Shown here: positions 61,491 through 64,000 of the stretch, piece after piece
How the letters are laid out: every line of letters begins with the position of its first letter
Position numbering within the stretch: position 1 is the stretch's first letter
Origin: Heterodontus francisci
Lineage: Eukaryota
NCBI RefSeq assembly: GCF_036365525.1
Contig: NC_090404.1
Coordinates: 4,712,001 to 4,776,000, forward strand
Direction: 5' to 3'
Length of the DNA: 64,000 nt
Translations under genes and position numbers: made by a program
The notes under the pieces: model-generated
Told to the model about the DNA's origin: nothing
Databases searched by the model: none
Seen by the model: the letters and a program-made list of their open reading frames with translations, nothing else

Positions 61491-64000
61491 TGTCCGTCTG
61501 TTGTGTCTCTGAACTGTTATTTCTGACTGCCACAGACTGGAATTATGATCTCATTGCTGAGGCGCCTCATCAAACTTAAAGTCAAACTTTTAGGTTTCTC
61601 GGGGGTACAAGTTTCTTAATTAAATGGATCAAGTTGCACTCCTTGAAATGAAACGAACCAGTCTGTTTGCAACCTGCAGGGAGGATTCCTCGTCCTGACA
61701 CAGTGAGCAGGCGCACAGAAACAGAACAGACACAAACGGTGCAACAATCGGGCTCTCAGCAGATAGATCTGTTCAATTGTCAATTTCAATGAAGCTGTTT
61801 TATTCTAGTTCATCAATTGTCAAATTGTGACCACTCCAAGTCTGTATACTCTTTGAAATTAAACTGATATTCATTTCAAAAACTCCCTTCGACCTCCAAA
61901 TGTTTCTCCCTGTCTGTTTACAATCTTAAAAGCATGTAAGAAAGTTTCGCTTAAAATGAGTACATCAGAAGAATACACATTCAGGAAAATTAGATGTCCA
62001 TAACCAGAACTCAGTGACAGAGTAAGAATTTAGAAAATCAGGAGATATGTATCTTGCAAACTGATTACCCACTGATTTGACACAATTTCATAATTCAATT
62101 TTACAAAAAAAATTAGTTGAACCACTGCTCAAAGTTAATTCATTAAAATCTGCGGTGATACTTGATTGAGCTGAGAACAGCTGAGTAAGAAATGTATTGT
62201 TCTCTAAGTTATTGCCAGACATAATGAATTAATCTCTCCGATTCTTGAGATTTTGCACTCATTGGAATCCTGGCAAGTATACTATTGAATTGTGGGAGGT
62301 CATTTATGTTTAGTGAATTAGCACTATTATATTCTAAGCTAATATTCATGTTAGCTGATTTTATACTGCATTTATCATTTATAAATAAATAAAAATAAAT
62401 AAATTAGTTAATATTACTTCAAGACCAGTTTCTGCCTGGCACCTTGTGAATTAATGGAGTTTTAATTAAGTTATTATGACACTTTATCAGTATTAAATAA
62501 TTAACGTCATATTAATAGATGAAAACCTTCAGACAAATATATTACTTCATGCTGAAATCGAATCACAGTGCAATAATTTAAAATGAACAATAACTTCTCG
62601 TCCCGCCCTGCTTTCTCTCTACAAACTTGTAAACTGGGCAGGTATCTGAATGCGTTGATATATTATAAGCTCCTTCCATTCTCAGCGAGTATTTCACACA
62701 ATGTATTTAGCCTGGCCGGGGTCACATGTCACTAACTGGGCTGCAACATGGCATGTTTGTGAAAGCAGCTCTCCCGTGTTTAAATATCGTTATAAATCTT
62801 AACTATATGAGATAAAATATCTAAAACATCCGGGCACTTTGCGATCAGTAACTATGCTGCCACTATTTAATCACACGATGTTTTTAGATTTTACTCCCGT
62901 AATTCACAAATTAATTGCAAAATATATTTTGATTTTTATTGAAAGAAGTTCCAAAATGATCACTGCAAAACTGGACAAAAACAACTCTTTCAGATCATCT
63001 GTGACATTGAAACCTAATGAGCAAATGTAGCCGAGATTTGGCGGATCAATTTAATATTTATTAAGCATAACTCTCAGGTATAATCTGTTCTTTGTCTATC
63101 ATTCCATCCTGCGTGCAGCACAACTATGGGAGACAGGATGTTGTTACTGAATTCAAAACTAACATTAAACTTTTGTAATTAATTGAATCTGCTTGAATTT
63201 CCAGGTGTTGTTTGTTTGTCTTTAGCCTTACGCAGTCTGCAAGTTTCTTCAAGTTAAATAAAATCATATGCACAATTCTTTGACTGCCATTGACCTCTTC
63301 TCCCAGGAAAATGGTTAATATTAGATTAGTGATAATTATCGCACTATCCAACAACAAATGACATTGAAGAAGGAACATGGAAGAACATGAACGCAAAGAA
63401 TGTAATAACCGGACAGATATATTACACTGACAAACTGCAATTTACAACGCCTATTTAAGTTGTAAGTAAATACAAGCTGACATTCACCTGTTTTAATCAG
63501 GAATATCACAATTAATTTAAAAGCGCTCATTAACCTGAAAACAGCACTGGAATAAGTACACTCTTATTGAAATAATTTCAAGCACAATTAAAAATAGTCT
63601 CCAGTCATAAAGTTTTCCGGTCACGACAATTGTGCGCTTGGCACGCCAGAACTGTAAAAGACGATTCTTGAATAATGAATCGATATTAATATGAAAGCGT
63701 ATTTGGTTTATATGAGGACATATTGCCGCATTATAATTGTTTGAATTGTATTAATTTTACTCTCCAATCTGCAAACCTGCTACTTATTCAGTTTGTAATT
63801 GCAGTAACATTTCACGGATTGAAGGAGCGTTACAAACCATGACTTAACAGTTCAATCTGCAATTATCATTTAAATTTTTTTAAATGCCTTGAAATATCTT
63901 TTTATTTTATTTCTGAAATCTGCCTGTTATCCGGCTTTCGAATCGTCTTTGAAGCAGTTTCAAACAAATAGAATGTATCCATTTGATCAGAAAACCTGCA

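Noticed and set aside
62564-62570. Isolated CACAGTG heptamer (also ~21953 and CACTGTG at 61091)
   Set aside because: No nonamer at 12 or 23 spacing
57600-64000. Bona fide JH/DH/VH or a switch region
   Set aside because: No WGQGT-encoding segment or AGCT-rich tandem array found; the variable segments must lie outside the window

Overview
Vertebrate genomic DNA from a cartilaginous fish. The IgM constant-region protein is essentially what I recall for horn shark (Heterodontus), but no database check was run. The right part (51.1-57.6 kb, minus strand) holds a complete, open, canonically spliced IgM heavy-chain constant region: Cmu1-4, secretory tail, TM1 and TM2. About 6.4 kb of J-C intron follows; VH/D/JH lie beyond the window. 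Starting about 10 kb downstream of this IgM gene (31.3-43.5 kb) is a cluster of T-cell-receptor alpha/delta-type V segments in both orientations. There are five recognisable V pseudogenes (three with heptamer-23-nonamer RSS), one probable V remnant and one orphaned V promoter, so an IgM cluster sits in or against a TCR V array. Candidate CTCF sites bracket the V/IgM block, and a J-like RSS element lies in the J-Cmu intron. The left 30 kb contains inverted arrays of a 27-bp satellite, a recent 5'-truncated Tx1 LINE with intact ORF2, and a locally multiplied unannotated exon-like/conserved module. Much of the rest is nested CR1 LINEs, a second LINE family, Penelope-like elements, SINEs and mini/microsatellites. 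Repeat boundaries are approximate.
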